Shown piece by piece: positions 40,280 through 49,226 of a stretch of 64,000 bases of DNA. The stretch is taken from positions 3,104,001-3,168,000 of the forward strand of contig OZ254086.1 in assembly GCA_965267575.1 (NCBI GenBank), read 5' to 3'. This DNA is from Calditrichales bacterium. Its GTDB lineage: Bacteria > Calditrichota > Calditrichia > Calditrichales > J004. The position numbers were made by a program, and so were the translations under genes. The notes under the pieces are model-generated. The model was not told the DNA's origin, made no database searches, and saw nothing but the letters and a program-made list of their open reading frames with translations. The number at the start of each line of letters is the position of its first letter. Position 1 is the stretch's first letter.

Positions 40280-42777
40280 AACGCATAGCATACTGGGGAA
40301 TTCTATTTATGTGTACGGTTAGTTTGGCTACCGGTCAAACCGCGGCCGAAATAAATCAAAAATTGTTGCCGCCCGTTAAGGAGCTGGAAAAGGGCTCGGG
40401 AACTTTAAAGCTTGACGCGGGCTTCTCGATCGCCGCTCAACCCGGGCTGGAAAATGAAGCCGCCTTTTTGAAACAATACATAAGCGAGCACACCGGCCTG
40501 GACCTGCAAAGCGCAGACCCGTCAAAAATTGGTGATTCCAGCAATACGATCGTTTTGGCGCAGCAGGCCGTTCCGTTTGTGGATGCGCTTTTGCCTGCGC
40601 TGGATGACGAGGAAATGACCGACAGCATATCCGGCACCTACTACATGCTCAACATCGAAGGACGGCAGATTTCCGTTGTTTCTTCCGGCAGGGACGGCGT
40701 TTTCTATGGCGTGCAGACGCTGCGCCAGTTGCTCGATCTTTACGGTGCTGAGTTACCGCAGCTTACGATTATTGACTGGCCCGATTTCCACATGCGCGGC
40801 ATCACCGATGATATGAGCCGCGGCCAGGTTTCGACGATGGAGAACTTTAAAACCATCATCCGCTTTCTGGCACGTTTTAAGATGAATGTTTACATGCCCT
40901 ATATCGAAGATATTTTCCAATTTAAATCCTATCCGTCATTCGGAAAAAACCGTGGCGCCATGACTGCCGCAGAGTGGCGCGAATTACAGGATTATGCCAA
41001 ACAATATCACGTGGAGATCATTCCCATTTTTCAGACGCTGGGGCATTATGAAAACATTCTGCTGCAGGAGGAATTTATGCATCTTGCTGAATTTCCCGGT
41101 GCGGCTTCGCTGAATATTGCCAATGAGGAGATCTATACGTTTCTTAAGAAAACCCTGGACGAAGTGATTGCCGCTTTTGACAGCGAGTGGTTTCACATCG
41201 GTGCCGACGAAAGCTGGGACGTGGGCAAATACGCCACAAAAGGCATGGCCGAGCGGCACTCTATCGCCACGGTGCATGCGCGTCATTACAATCGCGTATA
41301 CGATATGGTAAAAGAGCGCGGTAAAAAAGTGATGATGTACGGCGATATCGTTTTGCAGCACCCGGAAATACTCAATCAAATTCCCGAAGATATGGTGATG
41401 TTTGACTGGCATTATTTTCCCACTTACCACTATCCTTCGGTGGAGACATTTGCCAAAGCCGGCCAGCCGATCATTGTCTCACCGGGCATTCACAACTGGC
41501 GTAACTTTTTCCCAAGATTGTCCTTCGCGCTGACCAACATCCATCATCTTACTCAGGACGGTTTTGAGCACAACGCGATGGGTGCCATAACATCGAACTG
41601 GGGCGATTACGGCGCGATGAACCTGCGCGAGCTTAATTATTACGGCAACGCCTTTGCAGCGGCCAGCGCCTGGCAGCATGACTATGACGCTTATACTGAA
41701 TTTGAGCAAAATTTTGCCCGTTATTTTTATGGTGACGACAGCGAGGCGCTTTTGCTGGCCCATAACGCGCTGGCCCAAATGGCCCAGCAAGTGGAATGGC
41801 TTACGATTGTTTCGCATCCTTTTCACGCCGGCTACAAAAGCGATCTGAATACGATGCGTGAAAGCGCGGGCCTGACCCGCGGCGGTGCAGAAATTAAAGA
41901 CCTGCTGGAAAATATTGATATGCCGCGCAATGAAGAGCACCTTGACTACCTGCGTCTCTCGGCGGATGTTTACGCCTGGTACGGCAGGCTTTCAACCTTG
42001 CGTCTACAGATGCTGGACGCGCAGATGAACCCCCCGGGTGAGGAACAAACGGAAAACCTGCAGGCTGCAGCCGTTCAACTGGGCTTGGACGCGGCACAAT
42101 TGGGTGAACGTTTTGGCGCGCTTTGGAAAAGAACCAACCGGCCTGATAATGTACAACGCATGACCGGTCTGTGGCAGAACCTGAGCCGTTACCTGCTCAT
42201 AAAGAGTGACGAAATAGCAACCGGCAACCTGGCCTTTAACGGAACACTGCCGGGACCTTTCATCACGTATCCGTCGGATGAGAAACAATCATTGCCTGAA
42301 AGTTATCTGCGCTACCACTTTGAGATAGACGGCACAGGCGATGAAGCCGTGGTACAACTGATAGCCAATTCTCACGCGATCTTGTTTATAAACGGCGAAG
42401 AAGTAGGTGAAGTAGTGGCGCGCAAATCTCTCTCCGCTGTTGTGGAAGAAGCGCGGGTAATGAGTTTTAATGCCAAACCCTATTTACGTAAAGGTGAAAA
42501 TGTGATTGCCGTAAAGGTGCGGAATTATACCGGCGGCAGGGCATCGGCTCATGTGTGGCTACAGGTAAAGGAAGATGACTTCTGGCGCGGGCCGCTTCTG
42601 ACATCGACCTACTGGAAAGCCGCGGACAAGCTTTTTGAGGACTGGGCAAAGATTGATTTTGACGACAGCAACTGGCCTAACGCCATCGATGCGGGCATCA
42701 CGTGGGAGATCAGCCGCCCTTACTTTGATCATGATATACCTTCGCGGATTGAATATTACAGTCGCGGCGGACATTAA
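40276..42777 (+). CDS. Secreted GH20 beta-N-acetylhexosaminidase with C-terminal beta-sandwich
   Basis: YGVQTLRQL, DWPDF..RG..DDMSRG, QTLGH, HIGADE catalytic pair. Confidence 0.88.
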   Translation: MKRIAYWGILFMCTVSLATGQTAAEINQKLLPPVKELEKGSGTLKLDAGFSIAAQPGLENEAAFLKQYISEHTGLDLQSADPSKIGDSSNTIVLAQQAVPFVDALLPALDDEEMTDSISGTYYMLNIEGRQISVVSSGRDGVFYGVQTLRQLLDLYGAELPQLTIIDWPDFHMRGITDDMSRGQVSTMENFKTIIRFLARFKMNVYMPYIEDIFQFKSYPSFGKNRGAMTAAEWRELQDYAKQYHVEIIPIFQTLGHYENILLQEEFMHLAEFPGAASLNIANEEIYTFLKKTLDEVIAAFDSEWFHIGADESWDVGKYATKGMAERHSIATVHARHYNRVYDMVKERGKKVMMYGDIVLQHPEILNQIPEDMVMFDWHYFPTYHYPSVETFAKAGQPIIVSPGIHNWRNFFPRLSFALTNIHHLTQDGFEHNAMGAITSNWGDYGAMNLRELNYYGNAFAAASAWQHDYDAYTEFEQNFARYFYGDDSEALLLAHNALAQMAQQVEWLTIVSHPFHAGYKSDLNTMRESAGLTRGGAEIKDLLENIDMPRNEEHLDYLRLSADVYAWYGRLSTLRLQMLDAQMNPPGEEQTENLQAAAVQLGLDAAQLGERFGALWKRTNRPDNVQRMTGLWQNLSRYLLIKSDEIATGNLAFNGTLPGPFITYPSDEKQSLPESYLRYHFEIDGTGDEAVVQLIANSHAILFINGEEVGEVVARKSLSAVVEEARVMSFNAKPYLRKGENVIAVKVRNYTGGRASAHVWLQVKEDDFWRGPLLTSTYWKAADKLFEDWAKIDFDDSNWPNAIDAGITWEISRPYFDHDIPSRIEYYSRGGH

Positions 42778-42808
42778 TAAAAAGTGATAGCAGAGGGATT
42801 AGAAATAT

Positions 42809-43633
42809 ATGCAAAATAACAAAAACATCAGCAGCGACCTGGAAGATCACTACAACGTGAGTGGAGCGCTGAAGCAGGCCTTTGAGCGTGACGGATTTAT
42901 CAAGCTTAAAAATGTTCTGGCTGCAGAAACGCTGGATTATTACCGCGAGCTTATCAACGAGCTGGTTTTTAAATACAACAAGCAGACTGTACCGCTGGCC
43001 GAGCGCGATACGTACCACAAGGCGTTTTTACAAATATCCAACCTGTGGCGCCGTGAAGAAGAAGCGCGCAAGCTGGCTTTCGCCCGGAAGACCGCTCAAA
43101 TCGCCGCCGACCTGCTGGGCGTGCGCGGCGTGCGCATGTACCATGACCAGGCTTTGTACAAAGAACCATCCGGTGGCTTTACGCCCTGGCACGCGGACCA
43201 GCAGTATTGGCCGTTTGCCACGGACCGTTGCGTGACGGTCTGGATTCCGTTGCAGGAAACGCCGCTGGAAATGGGGCCGCTGGCATTTGCGCCGGGCTCA
43301 CACAAAACCACCTTTGCCCGCAATCTGCCCATTGGCGATGAGAGCGAGCGGATTATTGAGGAAAAGGTGCGCGAGATGGGACTTGAACAATCGATGACGC
43401 CGTTTGAAGCCGGCGAAGTAAGCTACCACCTGGGCTGGACGCTGCACCGGGCAGGCCCCAACAGCACGGATAGCGCACGCTCGGTTATGACGATGATCTA
43501 TATGGATGTGGATATGAAGCTGGCCGAACCGGCCAACGAGTTCCAGAAGGTGGACCGCGACGTGTTTTGTCCGGGCATTAAGCCCGGAGAGGCCATTGAT
43601 ACGGAGATGAGCCCGGTTTTATTTGTGCGCTGA
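42809..43633 (+). CDS. PhyH-family Fe(II)/2-oxoglutarate dioxygenase
   Basis: TPWHADQ (HxD), WIPL, GSH, LHRAGPN...R. Confidence 0.88.
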   Translation: MQNNKNISSDLEDHYNVSGALKQAFERDGFIKLKNVLAAETLDYYRELINELVFKYNKQTVPLAERDTYHKAFLQISNLWRREEEARKLAFARKTAQIAADLLGVRGVRMYHDQALYKEPSGGFTPWHADQQYWPFATDRCVTVWIPLQETPLEMGPLAFAPGSHKTTFARNLPIGDESERIIEEKVREMGLEQSMTPFEAGEVSYHLGWTLHRAGPNSTDSARSVMTMIYMDVDMKLAEPANEFQKVDRDVFCPGIKPGEAIDTEMSPVLFVR

Positions 43634-44893
43634 CAGCGCCTTAAAGACTTTTTCCGGTTTTGTCTGACGATCAATTGTAAGGAAAGGCTGCACGCGGTGT
43701 GTGGCCTTTTCTTGTTTCAGCCTTTTTTCCCCGGCACCGGTTATGTTTAACAGTATTTTGTCATCTTGTTTTATTTTTTTTGTGCTGATTGCCTTTTGCA
43801 GGGATGCTACGGCAACGGCTGCTGCCGGTAAAATGTCGATGCCTTCCAGTTCTTCAAAAAGCTTTTGGGCCTGTAAAGCCTCATCGTTGCTAATGCCGTA
43901 CATTTCGCCGTTGCTGGTCGAGAGGATATCGTGCAGGCCGCCGGTAATATTATAGGGTGGCTGGCGGTTGGAAAGTACTTTGGCAAATATTTTACTAAGA
44001 TCGCGCCGGGCCTCTTCCTCAGCGGGAGGTGTAAACAGGCTGTTTCCGCCCATCCAGCAATCGACCACCGGTACAAAAGGCCTGTTTTGAGAAAGATGCA
44101 GCTTCATGCTGTATTGTTTGTCGATAAAGCCTAGCTTTTTCAGACGTCGTTGCGCTTCCCAGGCGGCAATCGCACCCGTACCGCTGCCAATGGCCTGGAA
44201 ATAGTGCTGCGGCAGAAAGCCCAGTTTTTCCGCGGCTACCATAACGCTAAGCCCCATGCCGTCGCGCCGGGCCACGTTTTTCGCGCCCCCTTCGGCGATC
44301 AAACCATCAAAGCAGGCCAGGCTGTTGGCCAGTTTTATGGCATCCAGGTAGTCTCCGTCTTTTATTGAGATCAGCCTCACACCTTTTGACGGCGGCTCAA
44401 CCGTCCAGATCTCCTTTTCCGCAAACTCCGGAACGACCAGAATCACTTCCATATTGTTGCGGTTACAGACATGTGCAAAGGCACGCGCGGTATTGCCCGC
44501 TGAGGCTACAACCAGTTTTTGCCCTGCGCCGCAGCATAGCCTCGACAAAACAGAAAACGCTTCCAGCTCTTTAAAGGATACGCTTTCGATAAACGCTCCT
44601 TTTTCCGGCCAGTAGCCGCTCAGGGTTATATAAAGGCTGTCTAGTCCCAGAAAGCGGGCCAGTTCCGTACTTTGATAAACCACGGGCAGGGCGCTACCCT
44701 CCAGAACGTGCGTGCATGGTAAATAGGGCAAAAAACGAAAGATACCCGGTGCATCTTCAAGTGGCTTAAAGCCCGATGCCGTATAGCAGGTTTGGAGAAA
44801 TGCCGGACGATGAGGCTTAAGGCAATCAAGCCGCGTGCCGTCGTCATGATATGATTTTCCGCATTCCATGCAGATAAGAGAATAATGGTCCAT
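43619..44893 (-). CDS. Cysteate synthase (PLP, threonine-synthase fold)
   Basis: N-terminal CxxC, SGYWPEKGA, SFKELEA (PLP Lys), ASAGNTARAF, EGGAKNVARRDGMG, HYFQAIGSGTG, LSQNRPF, VLSNRQPPY, NITG; start moved to ATG 44893. Confidence 0.85.
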   Translation of the reverse strand: MDHYSLICMECGKSYHDDGTRLDCLKPHRPAFLQTCYTASGFKPLEDAPGIFRFLPYLPCTHVLEGSALPVVYQSTELARFLGLDSLYITLSGYWPEKGAFIESVSFKELEAFSVLSRLCCGAGQKLVVASAGNTARAFAHVCNRNNMEVILVVPEFAEKEIWTVEPPSKGVRLISIKDGDYLDAIKLANSLACFDGLIAEGGAKNVARRDGMGLSVMVAAEKLGFLPQHYFQAIGSGTGAIAAWEAQRRLKKLGFIDKQYSMKLHLSQNRPFVPVVDCWMGGNSLFTPPAEEEARRDLSKIFAKVLSNRQPPYNITGGLHDILSTSNGEMYGISNDEALQAQKLFEELEGIDILPAAAVAVASLQKAISTKKIKQDDKILLNITGAGEKRLKQEKATHRVQPFLTIDRQTKPEKVFKALSAHK

Positions 44894-44984
44894 TACCCGG
44901 CCGGTTTGGTAAACAAACGGCAAAGATAAAGAGCCTGCCGGAAAAGATGCAAACCCGAACGTAATTTTATGCGGCAGGTGGTTG

Positions 44985-46088
44985 TTAGTTTCTGTGGCTG
45001 TCCAGCCGGGCAAAAACATCCGAGAACTGGTCATAGGTTACCGGCTTAATCAGCAACGCATCGGCCTGCATGGTAATTTGACGAATTTCCTCGGTAAGTT
45101 CATAACCGGTCATGAATACAAATTTAGCCTGGATATTTTTGGCCTTGACCTTTTTAAAAAATTCTGTCCCTGACATCTTTGGCATAAAAATATCGGATAC
45201 AATTATACTGTACTCATTTTTTTCAAGAAGCTCCAGCGCTTCTTCGCCGCTTTCCACGCCGTCACATTCATAGCCTTTAAGCTGAAGCATTTCGGCAAGT
45301 GTTTCAACGATATATGTTTCATCATCCACAATCAAAATCCGTTTGGGCATTTGGACATCATCCGTTTTGTCCGCCGAGGAAGCCTCTATATCAAGAATGG
45401 AGTCATCCAGATAAGATTTATCCTGGAGGACGGTTATATTGCGCATCTTCATCTGTAAAGTCATAAGCCTATCCACAAGTTCCAGACAATCGTCTATATG
45501 TTTGTTTTTTGTTTGGTTTTGCATCAGTTGCAGTTTAAAGTGCAGCGCCTGCAGCGGCTGGGAAAATTCATGGGCTATGGCGCCGGAAAGCTTTTTGATA
45601 CTCTCCAGGTTTTTCATTTCAAGAAGCCGTTCCTGGTGTGTTTTTAGTTGATTTAGAGCTTCGCGCAATTCACTTTGAACGCTCAGCAATCTTTTTTCGT
45701 TGGCTTTATGGGCCATGGCATAGCGGATACAGCGTTCCAGTGTCTTTGCGTCTATTTTTCCCTTTACCAAAAAGTCCAGCGCGCCGGCCTGCATAGCCGC
45801 AATATCCGCTTCTATGCTGTCGATGCCGGTAAGGATAACCACCGGTGTTGATATGTTGTTTGACTTCAGATATTTCAAAAAATCGATTGCCGAATTGTCT
45901 TTCCCCAGGTTGTAATCCGTAAGAAAAAGGTCATACTCTTTTTGGGCGCACTGTATTTTGGCCTTTTCAATTGAACTGACCCAGTCGAGGCTGGCCTTCA
46001 TCGTCTGCATCCCTGCAACCTCGTCCTTCAGGATGATGAAATCCTCTTCATCATCATCAATCATTAGCAGGCGTATCTCTTTATCCAT
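44985..46088 (-). CDS. Response regulator REC-HisKA(DHp)-REC, lacking HATPase
   Basis: IDDD...TDYNL...K receiver; IAHEFSQPLQ H-box; second receiver VDDE...SDIFMP...KP. Confidence 0.82.
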   Translation of the reverse strand: MDKEIRLLMIDDDEEDFIILKDEVAGMQTMKASLDWVSSIEKAKIQCAQKEYDLFLTDYNLGKDNSAIDFLKYLKSNNISTPVVILTGIDSIEADIAAMQAGALDFLVKGKIDAKTLERCIRYAMAHKANEKRLLSVQSELREALNQLKTHQERLLEMKNLESIKKLSGAIAHEFSQPLQALHFKLQLMQNQTKNKHIDDCLELVDRLMTLQMKMRNITVLQDKSYLDDSILDIEASSADKTDDVQMPKRILIVDDETYIVETLAEMLQLKGYECDGVESGEEALELLEKNEYSIIVSDIFMPKMSGTEFFKKVKAKNIQAKFVFMTGYELTEEIRQITMQADALLIKPVTYDQFSDVFARLDSHRN

Positions 46089-46108
46089 TATAACCCCTGG
46101 GATACGTT

Positions 46109-46534
46109 TTATAGCTGCGAGGGCAGCATGACATTATCAAACCAGTAAGAAGAGATCGATTTGACCGCTTTACGCCAGTCCCTGAAGTGCAGTGGTTTGG
46201 GAATATAGCCGGCTGCTCCCAATTCATAAGCAGAAAGTACATCGTTGGAAGCGCTGGACGTTGTAAAAATAATAACAGGAACGGATTTCCAGAAACGGTT
46301 AGTTTTAATTTGCTCCAGTACTTCCTTTCCGTTTTTTGCCGGTACGTTCAGATCCAGAATGATTAAAGCCGGCCAGGCGTGCAGGCTGTTTTTTTGTAAG
46401 TATTCCAGTAACCTTTCGCCGTTGTCAAAAAAGAGCAGCTCGCACGGCACAGCCTGCTCCTCAAAGGCATCCCGCAACATTTTCTGATCGTCTTTGTCAT
46501 CTTCCAGTACAAGGATGAGATTATTCTTGTCCAT
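46109..46534 (-). CDS. Single-domain response regulator (Rcp1-like)
   Basis: LEDD, ILDLNVP, FTTS, YELGA..YIPKP, YWF. Confidence 0.9.
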   Translation of the reverse strand: MDKNNLILVLEDDKDDQKMLRDAFEEQAVPCELLFFDNGERLLEYLQKNSLHAWPALIILDLNVPAKNGKEVLEQIKTNRFWKSVPVIIFTTSSASNDVLSAYELGAAGYIPKPLHFRDWRKAVKSISSYWFDNVMLPSQL

Positions 46535-48587
46535 CTTTTTGGCCTTTTGGGGGTTGTTTTAGCGGAAGGCGGATAGTAAAAGTGGAGCCTTCTCCGGGAG
46601 CGCTGGCCACGTCAATCTCTCCACCGTGAGAATCAACAATCTTTCTGCAAATGGAGAGCCCGATGCCGGAGCCCTCGTATTCGCTGCGCCCGTGCAGCCG
46701 CTGAAACAATCCGAAAATTTTATCTTTGTAGCGTGTGTCAAAACCAATACCATTGTCTTTAATGGAAATGCTTATGCTTTTCTCACGGTTTTTCTTATCG
46801 GCGCGCTTTTGCCGCTTGTTTAGTCTGATTTCAACCATTGGCCGCTGATCCTTTTTTCTGAACTTGAGAGCATTGCCAATAAGGTTTTGAAACAGCTGAA
46901 CCATTTGATTGGAATCCGCTTTAATAGCGGGCAGCTTGCCTCGTTTAATTTCAGCGCCGGTTTCTGTGATGGTTCTTTCCAGGTAGCCCAATACTTCATC
47001 CAGCGTTTTGTCCAGGTCTGTTCTAGCAAAGTTCAGGCTGCGGCTAAATCTGGAGAAGGCCAGGAGGCCATCGATCATATGGGTCATGCGTGATGCCGCA
47101 GCAGTCATACGTTGCAGATAGTCGGCAGGTTCTTTCTCCATTGTCCCCGCCAGGTGTTCGTTAAGCCGTTCGCCGAAGGCGGTTATTTTACGTAGAGGTT
47201 CTTTGAGATCGTGGGAAGCTATATAGGCAAATTGTTCCAGTTCCTCGTTGGATCGTGAAAGCTGCGCTGTGCGCGCTTCCAGTTGCTGCTGTGCTTTTAC
47301 GCGGTCGCTTATATCTTCTACAACAGCAATAAAATAATCGCCTTCCCTCGGGTTCTTCCGGACAATCGCTACGGTAAGTTTAACCCAGACAACGCTGCCG
47401 TTTTTTCGAATGTAACGTTTCTCGATGGCGTAATTATCTATTTCTCCCTTTAGGCAACGGCGCACATTTTCGATATCAGCATTAAGGTCATCTGGATGGG
47501 TTATCTGCTGAAAGGTCAGACCGGGTATCTCTTCAGGTGGGTAGCCCACTATATCACAATAGCGCTTATTTATGCGAATAAAACGCCCTTCCAGATCCAC
47601 ATGGGCCATGCCTACGGCCGCCTGTTCAAAGGTGTTGCGGAAACGTTCCTCGCTTTCCCGCAGGATTTTTTGCGCATCTTTCTGATCAGTAATGTCGCGC
47701 GCAATGGTCGATGCGCCGATCACCTTACCCTGATGGTTCATAATCGGAGAGATTGTCAATGATACATGGATGCGATGTCCGTCTTTTGTCATGCGGACTG
47801 TCTCATAACGATCTATGGGAATACCTTTTCCGATTTGTTCAAGAATCGGCGTTATATCATCTTCATGTTCCGGGGGCAGTAAAATATAAATTGGCTTACC
47901 GATTATCTCCTCGGAGCTGTAACCGTAAATACGTTCAGCGGATTTGTTCCAGCTTTCGATAATTCCGTCCAGTGATTTGCTCAGAACGGCATCTTCGGTT
48001 GACTCGATGATGGATGCCATATACAGCAGTCTTTTCTCCAGCTCTTCGCGCCTGGTTATCTCTCTGCGCAAAAGATTATTGGCTGCCCGCAGTCCCGTTG
48101 TTTTTTCTTCAACTGTTTTCTGCAGGTTGGCGTGCGAATCCTCCAGCTCTTTTTGGGCGCGTACCCGTTCGGCGATGTTATGATTTAATTCTTCAATTAT
48201 ATGCTTTAGCTGCTCCGTGCTCGGAATGTTGCGTGCTTTGGGGATCATTGGCCACAGGATTATTGCCGTTGCCAGTGAAACCCCGGCTGTCACGGCTTTG
48301 ACGATGCCGTCGAATCGGTAGATCGGTTCCCACAGGGTAATGATCGCAAGAAGATGCGTGGAACCGCAGGCAAAAATAAAGGTGGCAAAAAGCAGAAGTA
48401 CGGAAGGAAAAATGAGGTCTTTTCGTTGTCGGTAAAAAACAAAAAGTGCCAGGGGAATAGAATAATAGGCTAATGCGATTAAACCATCGGACAGAACGTG
48501 CAGCCAGACCAGGTCCTGCTGCCAGTACATACAATGTCCGTGCGGCATATAATCGGTACTGAACAGATTACCAAAAAAATCAGCCAT
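46521..48587 (-). CDS. Ethylene-receptor-type sensor histidine kinase (ETR1-like 3-TM domain, two PAS domains, HisKA, HATPase)
   Basis: SDGLIALAYYSIP and FIFACGSTH match ETR1 helices I and II; VKAVTAGVS matches helix III; ASHDLKEPL, NALKF, DNGIG, GSGIGL. Confidence 0.87.
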   Translation of the reverse strand: MADFFGNLFSTDYMPHGHCMYWQQDLVWLHVLSDGLIALAYYSIPLALFVFYRQRKDLIFPSVLLLFATFIFACGSTHLLAIITLWEPIYRFDGIVKAVTAGVSLATAIILWPMIPKARNIPSTEQLKHIIEELNHNIAERVRAQKELEDSHANLQKTVEEKTTGLRAANNLLRREITRREELEKRLLYMASIIESTEDAVLSKSLDGIIESWNKSAERIYGYSSEEIIGKPIYILLPPEHEDDITPILEQIGKGIPIDRYETVRMTKDGHRIHVSLTISPIMNHQGKVIGASTIARDITDQKDAQKILRESEERFRNTFEQAAVGMAHVDLEGRFIRINKRYCDIVGYPPEEIPGLTFQQITHPDDLNADIENVRRCLKGEIDNYAIEKRYIRKNGSVVWVKLTVAIVRKNPREGDYFIAVVEDISDRVKAQQQLEARTAQLSRSNEELEQFAYIASHDLKEPLRKITAFGERLNEHLAGTMEKEPADYLQRMTAAASRMTHMIDGLLAFSRFSRSLNFARTDLDKTLDEVLGYLERTITETGAEIKRGKLPAIKADSNQMVQLFQNLIGNALKFRKKDQRPMVEIRLNKRQKRADKKNREKSISISIKDNGIGFDTRYKDKIFGLFQRLHGRSEYEGSGIGLSICRKIVDSHGGEIDVASAPGEGSTFTIRLPLKQPPKGQKDGQE

Positions 48588-48716
48588 AATTTTTTCCGGT
48601 TTGAAGATGATAGTTATACAGGTTAGTTTTAGAGTCTGATGTTAAAACAATCGCATATATTTTATTTTTCTTAAATCCACAGAATTAAAACCAACACATT
48701 AACAGGAGGGAATACC

Positions 48717-49190
48717 ATGTACCGCTATTTTAAGTTGGCGTTATTGATACCCTTGACGATGATGCTGATTTTTTGCCAGCAACAACAGCAGGCTGAAGAG
48801 GAAGCCGCGCAAACCACAGAAACAGCTATGACCGGCACGACCTCCCCCGAAGGCGCTATGGTCTATTTTATTTCTCCGCAGGATGGCGAAACGGTTTCCG
48901 ATACATTTACAGTGCGTTTTGGGCTGAAGGGGATGGGCGTTGCGCCGGCAGGTGTTCAGCATGAAAATACCGGCCATCACCATTTGTTAATTAATTACAG
49001 TGGCTTACCGGATATGAACGTACCGATGCCGGCAAGTGACAGCCTGATCCATTATGGCACGGGGGCTACCGAAACAGACATCTCTCTGGAACCCGGCCAG
49101 CATACGCTGCAGCTTATCCTGGGTGATTTCTCGCATACACCGCACGATCCTCCGGTTATTTCTGATAAGATTACTATAACTGTAGAGTAA
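48717..49190 (+). CDS. DUF4399-family exported protein
   Basis: VYFISPQDG, GHHHLLI, HYGTG.TE, LEPGQHTLQL. Confidence 0.85.
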   Translation: MYRYFKLALLIPLTMMLIFCQQQQQAEEEAAQTTETAMTGTTSPEGAMVYFISPQDGETVSDTFTVRFGLKGMGVAPAGVQHENTGHHHLLINYSGLPDMNVPMPASDSLIHYGTGATETDISLEPGQHTLQLILGDFSHTPHDPPVISDKITITVE

Positions 49191-49196
49191 AACGCG

Positions 49197-49226
49197 AAAG
49201 GTCGTCTTAACGGGCGGCCTTTTTTT
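49197..49226 (+). terminator. Rho-independent terminator, possibly bidirectional
   Basis: AAAGGTCGTC-loop-GGCGGCC followed by T7; overlaps the ypdA stop. Confidence 0.65.

Noticed and set aside
42809..43633. PhyH dioxygenase as an ethylene-forming enzyme near the ethylene receptor
   Set aside because: The motifs are PhyH-type, a different Fe/2OG subfamily from EFE and ACC oxidase, and the gene belongs to the opposite-strand operon.
4777..45034. Extended starts given by the ORF track (4777, 21567, 27030, 35873, 37346, 39121, 45034)
   Set aside because: They overlap neighbours or lack an SD; downstream ATGs give signal peptides or family-typical N-termini.
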